Source: Candidatus Nomurabacteria bacterium (GTDB taxonomy: Bacteria > Patescibacteriota > Minisyncoccia > Phycocordibacterales > UBA2100). Taken from it: DNA of 64,000 bases. The stretch covers positions 78,891 to 142,890 of the forward strand of contig CALRFU010000001.1 in NCBI GenBank assembly GCA_943356775.1. The letters are read 5' to 3'. Below the pieces are notes generated by a model. The model did not search any database, was not told the origin of the DNA, and saw only the letters and a program-made list of their open reading frames with translations. Shown here piece after piece: positions 1 through 9,182 of this stretch (its first letter is position 1; each line of letters starts with the position of its first letter). The translations under genes were made by a program, and so were the position numbers.

Positions 1-403
1 TCCAAAGCTTGGAGAGAGCATTTTCCATCGCGCGCGGTGAGCGCGTGACGTCACGGGGCATCTTTACCTCGAGAAGCATCGCGTCGCGTGTGAAAAGAAA
101 GCCGGAGCGAGCGTACCAAATCCACACTTTCCAGGCGGTGATGAGTGCGGCCACGGGAAGCCAGAGAGGGGCGGTGCCCAGCAACCAGCCGAAAGCAAAG
201 AGCGGTAGACTCGGGACCATATCCCACATCACGCTAAAGATTCCCCAAAAGAGTATGCTCAAAAAAAGGCACCGTGAGATGCCCCAATACCCGCCGATAT
301 ATCCGTCGACGAGATCGTGTAAATTAAAACTTACAAGCGCTCCTACCGAGGCACGCAAATCGCCCGAGGTGACAATCCCCTCTTGATCATACTCTTGAAT
401 CAC
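1..403 (-). CDS. Hypothetical membrane protein, partial; N-terminal part only, gene runs off the left edge of the window
   Basis: Open minus-strand frame from about 403 to position 1 with no stop. Translation is Trp-rich and hydrophobic (..FLSILFWGIFSVMWDMVPSLPLFAFGWLLGTAPLWLPVAALITAWKVWIWY..). There is no in-frame ATG near the top, only a candidate GTG at about 403. The overlapping plus-strand ORF 9..386 is Arg/Ser-rich and not protein-like. Confidence 0.3.
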   Translation of the reverse strand, partial: MIQEYDQEGIVTSGDLRASVGALVSFNLHDLVDGYIGGYWGISRCLFLSILFWGIFSVMWDMVPSLPLFAFGWLLGTAPLWLPVAALITAWKVWIWYARSGFLFTRDAMLLEVKMPRDVTRSPRAMENALSKLW

Positions 404-464
404 TCAGAAAGTGTAGCATTTTCTGCCGCGATACCGGGCTGCTATCAACATACCGGCAGATACC

Positions 465-496
465 AAAAAAGGCTCCGCGATTCGCGGCGCCTTTTT
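465..496. terminator. Intrinsic terminator-like hairpin flanked by an A-run and a T-run, possibly bidirectional, downstream of the 511..1602 gene
   Basis: AAAAAAGGCTCCGCGATTCGCGGCGCCTTTTTGT: 9-bp GC-rich stem with one G-U wobble and a 3-nt loop. Minus-strand transcript reads hairpin then TTTTTT. Confidence 0.5.
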
Positions 497-510
497 GTAC
501 TGAATACAAT

Positions 511-1602
511 TTATTTTTTGAGAATGTAGGTGCCTTCAGGGAGACGCGCGAACATAGCGTTCTGTAAATTCACGGCGATGGTCGCGTCTTTTACGTACCG
601 TTCGCGTTTAACGCGTTCGATTATCTCGTCGCGCGTAAGCGGACCTTCGCGTTCCAATATTCCGGCGATGACATCGCGCACAACACCCGGCTCGTATCCC
701 CACTCCTTGAGGGCGTAGAGCCCGCGGCCGACGAGCACGAAGCGACCGTCTTTTATGAGCTCATTGTGGGTAGTTGCAGGGTGTGTTTTGCGGCCAAAAA
801 GCTTCTCTATACTCTTTGCGACTTCAATGAAGTGCATCGGGGAGCCGTGACGCTTCAGCGTAAGATAGGCAAAATCTCGGGTGTTCTTGATGCGTACATG
901 CGGAGAATCTTGCCGTCCCCATTCACCGAGCGGATTCCTGCCGATACGTTTTGATATCAAAAGCCATCGCGGCAAAACTTCTTTCGAACGGTTCTTCACA
1001 CCGGCCTGCTTCAAATGTTTCTCGAAGAGTTCCAAGAATTCTTCCTCGGCGGTAAGTTTATTTGGTTCGATGGATTCATATAGACTTGAGAGTGCTGTTT
1101 CAATTTGCTCCGCAAGCTGCTCATCCACATGCCAGCGGGCCTTGAAATCATTATCTTCGCGACGGTCGTCGAAATGATGTCCGACGGTAAGAAGAAAGAC
1201 GATGTGATTGCGGTCGGCGTCGTTCTTGCCGAGTTCTTCCAAAACTGTTTCCTCCGAAAGAAAAGTGCCAAGTGCGGCAACGGCTCCTTTGAGATTATCC
1301 AAATGCATTGTGAGAGCGGCGTACGCGTCTGAATCGCGTACCGCTGAGACGCTGTGATTCTCGATCTGACGGATACGCTCGCGCGTGATGCCGTATTCCT
1401 GTCCGATGGCGTCCAGGGTCCGGCGCTCACCCTTTCCGGCAAGTCCAAACCTGTCCGTGAGGACGCGCCGAGAACGCTCCGGGAGGCCGGAGAGGAGGTC
1501 TTTGGTGACCAATTTTGGCTGGAAAGATAGCATAAATGCCGGGTTATTGACTATATTTGATTCCTGTGGCTTCGTTGTATCAAATATATGCTCCGGAGTC
1601 AA
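511..1602 (-). CDS. Sigma-70 region 4 domain protein with C-terminal HARE-HTH-like winged helix
   Basis: N-terminal ..LPERSRRVLTDRFGLAGKGERRTLDAIGQEYGITRERIRQIE.. matches sigma-70 region 4. C-terminal ..FIEVAKSIEKLFGRKTHPATTHNELIKDGRFVLVGRGLYALKEWGY matches the HARE-HTH pattern. Confidence 0.6.
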   Translation of the reverse strand: MTPEHIFDTTKPQESNIVNNPAFMLSFQPKLVTKDLLSGLPERSRRVLTDRFGLAGKGERRTLDAIGQEYGITRERIRQIENHSVSAVRDSDAYAALTMHLDNLKGAVAALGTFLSEETVLEELGKNDADRNHIVFLLTVGHHFDDRREDNDFKARWHVDEQLAEQIETALSSLYESIEPNKLTAEEEFLELFEKHLKQAGVKNRSKEVLPRWLLISKRIGRNPLGEWGRQDSPHVRIKNTRDFAYLTLKRHGSPMHFIEVAKSIEKLFGRKTHPATTHNELIKDGRFVLVGRGLYALKEWGYEPGVVRDVIAGILEREGPLTRDEIIERVKRERYVKDATIAVNLQNAMFARLPEGTYILKK

Positions 1603-1827
1603 GTGAATCCACCGTGAGGTGCCGCCGAAGGTGGTTCGACTGTCGGACGCAGTCCGATAGGAGAAGATTCACGTCGGAACGAGCACGTTCCGACGAAGAC
1701 CACTCGCACGCGCGAGCACGCGCGGGCCAGGTACTCACCGTCTCACGATAGCTTTTCCACACCTAAACCCCACTTTGTCATCTTGCCGATGCCACCAGCC
1801 TGAAAGATGAAGTGCTAGGATTCGGAG

Positions 1828-3222
1828 ATGGCAACTAGTTCGGTAAAAGTCCCACCGCAAGACATAGAGATGGAACGCGCGCTTCTGGGCGCCCTGATGC
1901 TCAATCAGAACGCTATCTACGAAGTTGCGGATCTCGTCGGTGTCGATTCGTTTTACGCGGGAAAACACCGGACGATATTCGACGCCATGCTCGCACTCTT
2001 CGCCAAGGGTGAGCCCATAGACATGGTTACCCTCTCCGGTAAACTCAAAGAACGGAAACTTTTGAACGAAGTCGGCGGTGCAAGCTATCTCTCCGAGATG
2101 GTCGGCGCGGCAGCTTCTCCGGGGAGTGCCCGGCACTACGCCCAAGGAGTGCAGAGTAAATTCATACTTCGCAGCCTCATCGACGCCGCTGCAAAGATAG
2201 GTGAGCTCGGTTTTGAGGAAGACCGTGATATCGAGGTCATTCTCGACGAGGCTCAGTCGGCAGTCTTTTCTGTAACGCAGACTCCGATGCTCCGCTCATT
2301 CACAGCCATTAAGGATGAACTTGCTGAGGCGTGGGAGCGACTCGAGAGCCTGCAGAAGCATGCGGGCTCTATGCGTGGCATCCCCACCGGTTTCCCCCAG
2401 CTTGATAATCTCCTCGCCGGATTCCAAAAGTCAGACCTTGTCATTCTCGCGGCGCGCCCCTCAATGGGTAAGACCGCGCTCGCCCTCGACATTGCCCGGC
2501 AGACCGCGACTAAGCACGGCACAGCAGTGGGCATTTTCTCTCTCGAAATGAGTTCGCAGCAACTCGTCGACCGTATGCTCGCAGCTCAGGCCGGAGTCAA
2601 CTCCTGGCGGCTACGCACGGGTAAGATTAAGGACGAAGACGAATTCGAGCGGTTGCAGCAAGGTATGGGCGTTCTCGCGGAAGCCCCTATTTATATCGAT
2701 GACAAAGCGTCCACGAGCGTGCTCGCAATGCGGTCCGTGGCACGTCGTCTCAAAATGGAAAAGAATCTTGGCCTCATCATCGTCGATTACCTTCAGCTCA
2801 TCACGCCGACGCAGTCGCGCGGCGGAGATAACCTCGTACAACAAGTTACTGAAATATCCCGCTCGCTCAAGGCGATGGCACGTGAGCTCGAAGTCCCCGT
2901 GCTAGCGCTCTCCCAGCTCTCCCGCGCTGTCGAGCAACGCGGAGGTCGTCCACGCCTCTCCGACCTTCGTGATTCGGGTTCTATCGAGCAAGATGCCGAT
3001 GTGGTTATGTTTATCCATCGCGAGGATATGACAGGCAATCGCACGACAAACGATAAGACTGGCGTTGCCGAGATTCTTGTCGAAAAGCACCGCAACGGTC
3101 CTGTGGGCAAAATAGACCTCCGATTCGACTCAGAGAAAACTACCTTTTTATCCTTGGAAAAGAGTGACTTCGGGGATTTCAATACCGAGACAGAAGTCGA
3201 ATCCGGATCCAACCCATTCTAA
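1828..3222 (+). CDS. dnaB: Replicative DNA helicase DnaB
   Basis: 464 aa with DnaB N-terminal domain (ERALLGALML..), Walker A (ARPSMGKTALALD), and conserved DLRDSGSIEQDADVVMFIHRED motif. Confidence 0.95.
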   Translation: MATSSVKVPPQDIEMERALLGALMLNQNAIYEVADLVGVDSFYAGKHRTIFDAMLALFAKGEPIDMVTLSGKLKERKLLNEVGGASYLSEMVGAAASPGSARHYAQGVQSKFILRSLIDAAAKIGELGFEEDRDIEVILDEAQSAVFSVTQTPMLRSFTAIKDELAEAWERLESLQKHAGSMRGIPTGFPQLDNLLAGFQKSDLVILAARPSMGKTALALDIARQTATKHGTAVGIFSLEMSSQQLVDRMLAAQAGVNSWRLRTGKIKDEDEFERLQQGMGVLAEAPIYIDDKASTSVLAMRSVARRLKMEKNLGLIIVDYLQLITPTQSRGGDNLVQQVTEISRSLKAMARELEVPVLALSQLSRAVEQRGGRPRLSDLRDSGSIEQDADVVMFIHREDMTGNRTTNDKTGVAEILVEKHRNGPVGKIDLRFDSEKTTFLSLEKSDFGDFNTETEVESGSNPF

Positions 3223-3234
3223 GCTAATACATAA

Positions 3235-3265
3235 TAAGCATGCGATCGCACGCTTATTATGTGAG
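3235..3265. other. Near-perfect 30-nt palindrome immediately after dnaB stop
   Basis: ATAATAAGCATGCGATCGCACGCTTATTAT with inner GCGATCGC core. No clear T-tract, so terminator function is uncertain. Confidence 0.3.
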
Positions 3266-3323
3266 TCAGAAATTCTTCTGTACCGGCACTTTGATATGCC
3301 CACTGTGATACGATGGCGAACGT

Positions 3324-3926
3324 ATGGACACCATTGAGCGCCTGATTGCTATCTTTCAGAAATTCCCCGGTATCGGGCCGCGTCAGGCTCAACGTTTCGT
3401 GCAATTCCTTTTGCGCAGTCCCCCTTCTATGCGCCGCGAGCTTATCGAATTACTCCAATCGCTCGGCGGTGCAGTGAAGCAGTGTGCGCAGTGCATGCGC
3501 TTTTCGAGCAGCAGCGGCAAGACGTGTAGCATGTGTTCAAATCCGGAACGAAATCAAAAGCTACTTGCGGTTGTAGCTGTTGATGCGGATATCTCGGCCC
3601 TCGAACGCGGGGGCACCTATCGGGGCCTCTATTTTGTGCTCGGCGGCACCATCTCGCTTGCATCCGAGAAGACCAACAATCTGCGCATCAAACAACTCTT
3701 CGACTCGCTGCCACAGCGCATACATGCGGGCTTAGAAGAAGTGATTTTGGCTTTCCCTGCAAATCCAGAGGGTGACGCGACCGCAATACAAGTACGCGAA
3801 AAATTGACGGAAGTTTTATCTCCGTTATTGACGATAACCGCGCTCGGCCGTGGCCTATCGACAGGAAGCGAGCTTGAATATGCCGACCCGGAAACCATCA
3901 AAAGCGCTCTCGAGAGTAGACGTTGA
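3324..3926 (+). CDS. recR: Recombination protein RecR
   Basis: 200 aa with N-terminal HhH (FPGIGPRQAQRF), C4 zinc finger (CAQC..CSMC) and Toprim region. Confidence 0.9.
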   Translation: MDTIERLIAIFQKFPGIGPRQAQRFVQFLLRSPPSMRRELIELLQSLGGAVKQCAQCMRFSSSSGKTCSMCSNPERNQKLLAVVAVDADISALERGGTYRGLYFVLGGTISLASEKTNNLRIKQLFDSLPQRIHAGLEEVILAFPANPEGDATAIQVREKLTEVLSPLLTITALGRGLSTGSELEYADPETIKSALESRR

Positions 3927-3928
3927 GA

Positions 3929-4246
3929 TTACGGAAGCGCGGTGATACGGACCTTTGCGAATGGTTGACGATGACCTCCTTTCTTGAAATAGCGACTTTT
4001 TTGGCGGTAGCGGATGACGGTAACCTTCGCTTCGCGGCCTTCCTCGACGAGTTCTGCTGAGACTTTGGCTCCTGAAACGTATGGAGCTCCAACGACAGTC
4101 TCCTTGCCGTCGTCGGTCAAAAGCACTTTGTCGAAGGTAATTTTGTCTCCCGCTTTAGTGCCAGTCATTTTTTCAATATCCAAAACGCTGTCCTGTGTGA
4201 CAACGTACTGTTTGCCGCCTGTCTCGATAATTGCAATCTTTGCCAT
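3929..4246 (-). CDS. rplU: 50S ribosomal protein L21
   Basis: 105 aa: MAKIAIIETGGKQYVVTQD..VIRYRQKSRYFKKGGHRQPFAKVRI, typical bL21. Confidence 0.9.
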   Translation of the reverse strand: MAKIAIIETGGKQYVVTQDSVLDIEKMTGTKAGDKITFDKVLLTDDGKETVVGAPYVSGAKVSAELVEEGREAKVTVIRYRQKSRYFKKGGHRQPFAKVRITALP

Positions 4247-4269
4247 ACGAAGGCGCCACTATACCCCGC

Positions 4270-5349
4270 TTAGTCGGGATCTGCAAGAGCCGGCCGCTCC
4301 AAAAGAGGCGTATCGAGATCCATAGACTCCCCTGTGATTCGGAGAACATCCTTGTCAATCTTTCCCAGCTCCTTTGCCCCGGCGTTGTAATGATTCACCG
4401 TGGTTGAAAGAGAATTACCGACTTTCTTATAATAATCCTCGTACGCCTTAAGGTGGCGAGATAGCGCCTCGACATTTTTAGCTATATCTTTGGCCGTTTC
4501 TTCTATCTTGAAGGCCTTGAAACCGTAGAGGACTGACTGCAGGTATGCGGCGAAGGTTGTGGGGCTTACGATGATGACCTTCTTCTCGTTGTACGCATAG
4601 TCGATAAGGTTGCGGGTGTTTACTTTGACCGAACCGACTTCATTGATGAGAAGGTCGTAGTAAATTGCCTCCGCAGGGATGTACATGAAGGCAAAGGGCA
4701 GCGTGCCGTCCTTCGGACGTACATATTTGGAAGTCTCATCGATGCGCATCTTGAGGTCGTTCTTGAATTGCTTTTCAAGCTCCGCGCGTTGTGTGTCGTC
4801 AATAGCGTTTACCAAGCGTTGGTAGTTATCGAGGGAGAATTTTGCGTCTATCGGTATCACTCCCTCTTTGGTCACCACAACAGCGTCCACCGTCTCTCCT
4901 CCCGGAAATTCGTACTGCATTTTGTACGATCCGGGGGGCAAAATATTCGACAGAATGAGTTCAAGCGAAGCCTCGCCCAGATTCCCCCGCTGCTTTTGAT
5001 GCTTCAAGACCTTCTCGAGATTGGCGAGCTGCTCGGCGATAGTCATGAATCGCGTTGTCGCTTCGTTTGTCTTGGTCTGTTCTTTTGTGACCTCAAGCAA
5101 TTGCTCGGACATCTGCTTGCTGATGGTGCTCATAAGGCGCTCCGCCTGTTCCGACTGCGTGCGCATACCCTCGAACATCCTCGACGTGCCTTCTCCAAGC
5201 TTAACTTCCATCGCACGGGAGAGATCCTGCAATTGATTTTGCAGAAGCATAAGACCTTGAGAATCTTGTTTTGGTAATTGTCGTAAGAAGACAAAATATG
5301 CAATCAGTGCGAGAATGGCCACCAGAAGTCCGATAATCAGCCATTCCAT
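4270..5349 (-). CDS. rmuC: DNA recombination protein RmuC
   Basis: 359 aa with N-terminal TM helix, long coiled coil, and C-terminal RmuC-type region. Confidence 0.75.
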   Translation of the reverse strand: MEWLIIGLLVAILALIAYFVFLRQLPKQDSQGLMLLQNQLQDLSRAMEVKLGEGTSRMFEGMRTQSEQAERLMSTISKQMSEQLLEVTKEQTKTNEATTRFMTIAEQLANLEKVLKHQKQRGNLGEASLELILSNILPPGSYKMQYEFPGGETVDAVVVTKEGVIPIDAKFSLDNYQRLVNAIDDTQRAELEKQFKNDLKMRIDETSKYVRPKDGTLPFAFMYIPAEAIYYDLLINEVGSVKVNTRNLIDYAYNEKKVIIVSPTTFAAYLQSVLYGFKAFKIEETAKDIAKNVEALSRHLKAYEDYYKKVGNSLSTTVNHYNAGAKELGKIDKDVLRITGESMDLDTPLLERPALADPD

Positions 5350-5390
5350 GCAGCGATTGTAGCATGCGAGGTTCTTGCTATACTTGTCCG

Positions 5391-5843
5391 ATGTTAACCA
5401 CTCAAATACGCACCGAGATGACCGCGGCGATGAAGGCGCGCGATGCGGTTCGCGTCGATACCTTACGCGGTGCTATGTCTGCTTTTACAAATGAACTCGT
5501 TTCCAAAGGTAAGAAACCGATAGAAGAACTCGCCGACGCCGATGCCGTAACTGTACTCAAGCGGCTGGCAAAACAACGCAAAGAAGCTGCCGACGTATAT
5601 ACAAAAGGCGGTCGCACCGAACTTGCCGACAAGGAGCTGGCTGAGCTTAAAATAATAGAATCGTACCTGCCGCAGATGGCAAGCCGTGAAGATATCGAAA
5701 AAGTGGCTCGTGCCAAAAAAGAGGAACTCGGTGTAACCGATGCGTCAGGCATGGGCAAACTCACGGGTACCGTACTGAAAGAATTCCAAGGCTCTGCCGA
5801 CGGTAACCTGGTCAAAGAAGTAGTTGCCTCGCTCTTTGCTTAG
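5391..5843 (+). CDS. GatB/YqeY domain protein
   Basis: About 150 aa matching the GatB/YqeY family pattern (..AMKARD..RLAKQRKEAADVY..ELAELKIIESYLP..). Start chosen at MLTTQ inside ORF 5364..5843. Confidence 0.75.
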   Translation: MLTTQIRTEMTAAMKARDAVRVDTLRGAMSAFTNELVSKGKKPIEELADADAVTVLKRLAKQRKEAADVYTKGGRTELADKELAELKIIESYLPQMASREDIEKVARAKKEELGVTDASGMGKLTGTVLKEFQGSADGNLVKEVVASLFA

Positions 5844-7036
5844 CGCGAGCTGAGTGCCGTAGCGGCCGAGGCAAGTGCCGCACACAAAAATACAAGAAGG
5901 AACGCCGCGGGGAGCGATATCGTGAGCGCTGCAAGCGCCCCCACAATACATACGGCGATTCTTCCGATTGCGAGGGCCATCTCCTTAAGTGCCGTATATT
6001 CGTCGATATAAGAACCCGCATCCGCAGTCTGTTCGAAGGTCAGCGGATCCAATCCGATGCGGCGGGGCGTCGTCGTATAAAAATACGAATCAACCAATAC
6101 CGCCCCGAGGGGTGTGCCCACAAGCGCACGGAATGCCCATGGAGTCATCGCAAACACGACATTCAGAAGAATAGATTTGTGTAGACCGGCCCGGCGCAAG
6201 TTTTTGCGGACGAACGAGCGCGCGAGAATGGCGATGATGAATGTGAGCGAAAGGATGATTCCGAGCATGCCATACGACCACCCCGTGATAATGAAGATAG
6301 CCAAAGGCCAGAAAAGTAAGAGAGCCGCCCCTGAAATTCCTTCGAAAAATGCGTGAAGTACCACCGTACGGTTCGCCGGTTCTATCAGATGCCCGAACGT
6401 TTCCCGATACCCCCACGAGAAGCCTTCGTGTATGTCACGCAGATAAAAGATGGGCAAAACAGAGAGAATCATCAGGGCTGCCGCGATATAGAGAAGTCCG
6501 AGAGGGCCGAAAGAGGGGAGAACTATAGCCAGCCCGCCGAGAATCGGCGCAAGTGCGATTAGAAATTCTCCGAACAGGTTTCCCCGGCCTTTGCCAATCG
6601 CCTGGACCTCAACTTCATAGGGTATCCAATAGAACGCGCGATACAATCCAAGTCCGATGGAGAAGAGGACCAGCGCCCCCGGTGTATACGCGGCACCCCA
6701 AAAACCTCCGAAGGTTGCACCGAGAACAACGAAAGATGCGGCGGCAAAAAGAATTGCAGACACAAATACTCTCCGCGCCCCAAAACGGAGGAGGCGCGCC
6801 GCGTAAGGGGTGGCGAGACACGTGATAGTCTGAGAAAGAGCGTAGAGGAGAGCTGCGCGTGCAAGCCCATGCGCCACACTCGGCTCAACAAGATAAAAAT
6901 ATTGAAATACAAGAACCCAGGCAAAAATATTGGCACCCGCAAATGAGAATCGGAAAAGAATCCGGTGAATCAAAAGTGCCCGCGCGCTCCGGAGAGGAGT
7001 CGCGAGAGCAGATTCCCGCAAAGAAAAGCTGCGCAT
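5840..7036 (-). CDS. Polytopic membrane transporter, MFS-like
   Basis: 398 aa with about 12 hydrophobic segments. No specific substrate signature. Confidence 0.45.
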   Translation of the reverse strand: MRSFSLRESALATPLRSARALLIHRILFRFSFAGANIFAWVLVFQYFYLVEPSVAHGLARAALLYALSQTITCLATPYAARLLRFGARRVFVSAILFAAASFVVLGATFGGFWGAAYTPGALVLFSIGLGLYRAFYWIPYEVEVQAIGKGRGNLFGEFLIALAPILGGLAIVLPSFGPLGLLYIAAALMILSVLPIFYLRDIHEGFSWGYRETFGHLIEPANRTVVLHAFFEGISGAALLLFWPLAIFIITGWSYGMLGIILSLTFIIAILARSFVRKNLRRAGLHKSILLNVVFAMTPWAFRALVGTPLGAVLVDSYFYTTTPRRIGLDPLTFEQTADAGSYIDEYTALKEMALAIGRIAVCIVGALAALTISLPAAFLLVFLCAALASAATALSSR

Positions 7037-7037
7037 A

Positions 7038-7421
7038 CTAGGTTGCGTGCTTCTCGGGCAGAGGACGCATGAGGGGCGTAAAGAGTGGGACGACTGCGAC
7101 CAGTCCGTACCCTACCCAGAGATACCAATCGCTATACATACTCCAGCCCGAGAAAGGCACCGTGTATACAGCATCCAGTAACGCCATCATAAGTGCCCAG
7201 AAAGCTGAATATGGGAGGATGTCTTTCCAAGAATAAAAGCGGAGCGAATGGCCCGCGACGGTCGTCAAGAATATCAGCACGCACAATCTGAAAAGAAGTG
7301 AGAGTGTGCCGCCGGCGATACCGTATATAACAAGACCGGACCACACGAGCGACATCACGGCGTAAATGACAATGCCCCATCCTAGGAGTGCCCCGTATTT
7401 CATAGCACCATTATACGGCAA
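7038..7421 (-). CDS. Small integral membrane protein, hypothetical
   Basis: 127 aa with 4 hydrophobic helices. Directly downstream of the preceding membrane gene with a 1-nt gap. Confidence 0.4.
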   Translation of the reverse strand: MPYNGAMKYGALLGWGIVIYAVMSLVWSGLVIYGIAGGTLSLLFRLCVLIFLTTVAGHSLRFYSWKDILPYSAFWALMMALLDAVYTVPFSGWSMYSDWYLWVGYGLVAVVPLFTPLMRPLPEKHAT

Positions 7422-7449
7422 ACAGCCCCCGCTATTGGCGGGGGCTGTT
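7421..7449. other. Perfect GC-rich hairpin between RRM gene 3' end and membrane gene start
   Basis: AACAGCCCCCGC-TATT-GGCGGGGGCTGTT: 12-bp perfect stem with no flanking T-tract. Confidence 0.4.
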
Positions 7450-7477
7450 CAAAACTCGGGCGTAAGGCCCGAGGAGC

Positions 7478-7831
7478 TTACCAGCTCCGGCTTCCGCCGT
7501 CACTGTTGCCTCCCCGTCCGCCGCTGTAACCACCGCGGTCATTGCTGCCGCCGCCGCTACGAAAATCGCGTCGAGGTCTGTCTTCCATTGGGCGCGCCTC
7601 ATTTACCGTGAGGGAGCGTCCGCCGAAATCCTTTCCATTCCACATTTCAATCGCCTTCTGTGCATCCTCGTCGGATGACATTTCAACGAATCCGAAACCT
7701 TTCGAACGACCGCTCATCTTATCCATGATGATAACGGCTGATTCGACGGCTCCGCATTGTGCGAAAGCATCCTTGAGTTCTGTATCGGACGTGCTGTAAG
7801 GGAGCCCGCCGACATATAGCTTCTTAGCCAT
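7478..7831 (-). CDS. RNA-binding protein with RRM domain and Gly-rich tail
   Basis: MAKKLYVGGLPYSTSDTELKDAFAQCG..SKGFGFVEM contains RNP2 (LYVGGL) and RNP1 (KGFGFVEM). C-terminal RGG/GGY repeats. Start at M19 of the ORF. Confidence 0.85.
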   Translation of the reverse strand: MAKKLYVGGLPYSTSDTELKDAFAQCGAVESAVIIMDKMSGRSKGFGFVEMSSDEDAQKAIEMWNGKDFGGRSLTVNEARPMEDRPRRDFRSGGGSNDRGGYSGGRGGNSDGGSRSW

Positions 7832-7988
7832 GATTCTTTTGTATGTGTTTCCTCTAAAATGATGTAAACCAACCTTTCCACTCAACTATACATAAGTCGT
7901 GGAAAACTTACATTCCTCGCGATAGTACCCTATCCGTTGAATTAATCAACCTCTTGACTGTGGACGAAAAACATTTTATAAGAATAGC

Positions 7989-9176
7989 TTAAGATACGAC
8001 TCCGAACTTCCTGCCGACCATGGTAAATTTTTCAACTGCGGTCTCTATGTCTTCTTGCGTGTGAGCTGCCGAGACCTGGACCCGGATACGCGCCTTGCCT
8101 TTTGGTACCACAGGAAACGCAAAGCTGATTACGTAAATGCCTTTGTCAAAGAGCGCCTTCGCCATTTCCAGCGCCTTTTTCTCATCGCCGAGCATTATCG
8201 GTATTATTGGATGCTGCGCATCGGAGACGGTAAAACCGTTTTTCCGCATGAGCTCACGGAAAAGTCTGATGTTTGCCCATAAGCGTTCTCGAATTTCAGG
8301 ATGTGATTTTAAATACTTGATCACGAAAAGTGAAGTGCCGGTAACAGCGGTATCGAGTGAATTTGAAAACAGGTACGCACGCGAACGATTACGCAAATAC
8401 TCCGCCGCCTCCTTCCGCGTCGCTGTAAACGCTCCGCCTGCTCCTCCCAGCGCTTTTCCAAACGTACCCGTGATGAAATCCACGCGACCAACGACGCCGC
8501 AGGCCTCTGGAGTACCTCCGCCCGTATCTCCCATGACTCCCGTCGCATGCGCATCATCGACCATTACGAGCGCGTCGTATTTATCTGCCAAATCACAAAT
8601 TTCTTTCAAGGGTGCAATATCACCGTCCATGCTGTACACACCGTCTGTCGCTATCACACGCAAACGTTTCCCCGCCGTCGCTTTGAGTTTTTCCTCAAGA
8701 TCCGACATGTCCAGGTGCTTGTAGACGTGTCGTTCGGCTTTTGAGAGCCGCACTGCGTCGATGATAGAGGCGTGATTCAATTCGTCGCTGATGATTGCAT
8801 CCTGATCACCGAAAAATGTTTGAAAAAGTCCGGCGTTGGCCATAAAGCACGACGAGTACAAAACTGCGTCTTCTGTACCTACCAGATCGGCAACGGCTCG
8901 CTCGAGATCTTTGTGCACCGTCTGGGTACCGCAAATAAATCTTACTGAAGCAAGGCCGAATCCCCATGTGGCGACTGCCTCCTCCGAAGCTTTCTGGAGA
9001 AGCGCTGAGCCGGAGAGTCCGAGATAATTATTCGTACTAAAATTCAAATATCTTTTCCCACCAACTGTAATCTCGCGGCCTTGCGCGCTTTCAAGCACGC
9101 GTTCTATCTTGTATGTCCCGTTCTCCTTCGCCGCGGCAAGCTCTGCTTCGAGTATAGGTTTGAGATTAGTGTACAT
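7989..9176 (-). CDS. kbl: Glycine C-acetyltransferase (2-amino-3-ketobutyrate CoA ligase)
   Basis: 395 aa PLP-dependent alpha-oxoamine synthase fold. Adjacent to a threonine dehydrogenase-like gene in the canonical tdh-kbl arrangement. Confidence 0.8.
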   Translation of the reverse strand: MYTNLKPILEAELAAAKENGTYKIERVLESAQGREITVGGKRYLNFSTNNYLGLSGSALLQKASEEAVATWGFGLASVRFICGTQTVHKDLERAVADLVGTEDAVLYSSCFMANAGLFQTFFGDQDAIISDELNHASIIDAVRLSKAERHVYKHLDMSDLEEKLKATAGKRLRVIATDGVYSMDGDIAPLKEICDLADKYDALVMVDDAHATGVMGDTGGGTPEACGVVGRVDFITGTFGKALGGAGGAFTATRKEAAEYLRNRSRAYLFSNSLDTAVTGTSLFVIKYLKSHPEIRERLWANIRLFRELMRKNGFTVSDAQHPIIPIMLGDEKKALEMAKALFDKGIYVISFAFPVVPKGKARIRVQVSAAHTQEDIETAVEKFTMVGRKFGVVS

Positions 9177-9182
9177 ACCGTC

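Noticed and set aside
9-386. Plus-strand 125-aa ORF at the window start
   Set aside because: Translation is Arg/Ser/Pro-rich and not protein-like. The opposite strand encodes a convincing hydrophobic membrane ORF continuing off the window.
1781-1790. TTTTCCACA as a DnaA box indicating the replication origin
   Set aside because: It is a single one-mismatch site with no visible cluster of boxes or AT-rich unwinding element, so an origin cannot be called from this alone. It is mentioned only within the structured-leader finding.
8137-8724. 195-aa plus-strand ORF (and several similar ones such as 9810..10520, 15828..16439, 40712..41209, 54661..55287, 60488..60868)
   Set aside because: All lie antisense or out-of-frame inside well-supported genes (kbl, tdh-like, carB, the RND adaptor, DUF1003, the MFS transporter). 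They have skewed low-complexity composition typical of shadow ORFs in GC-rich DNA.
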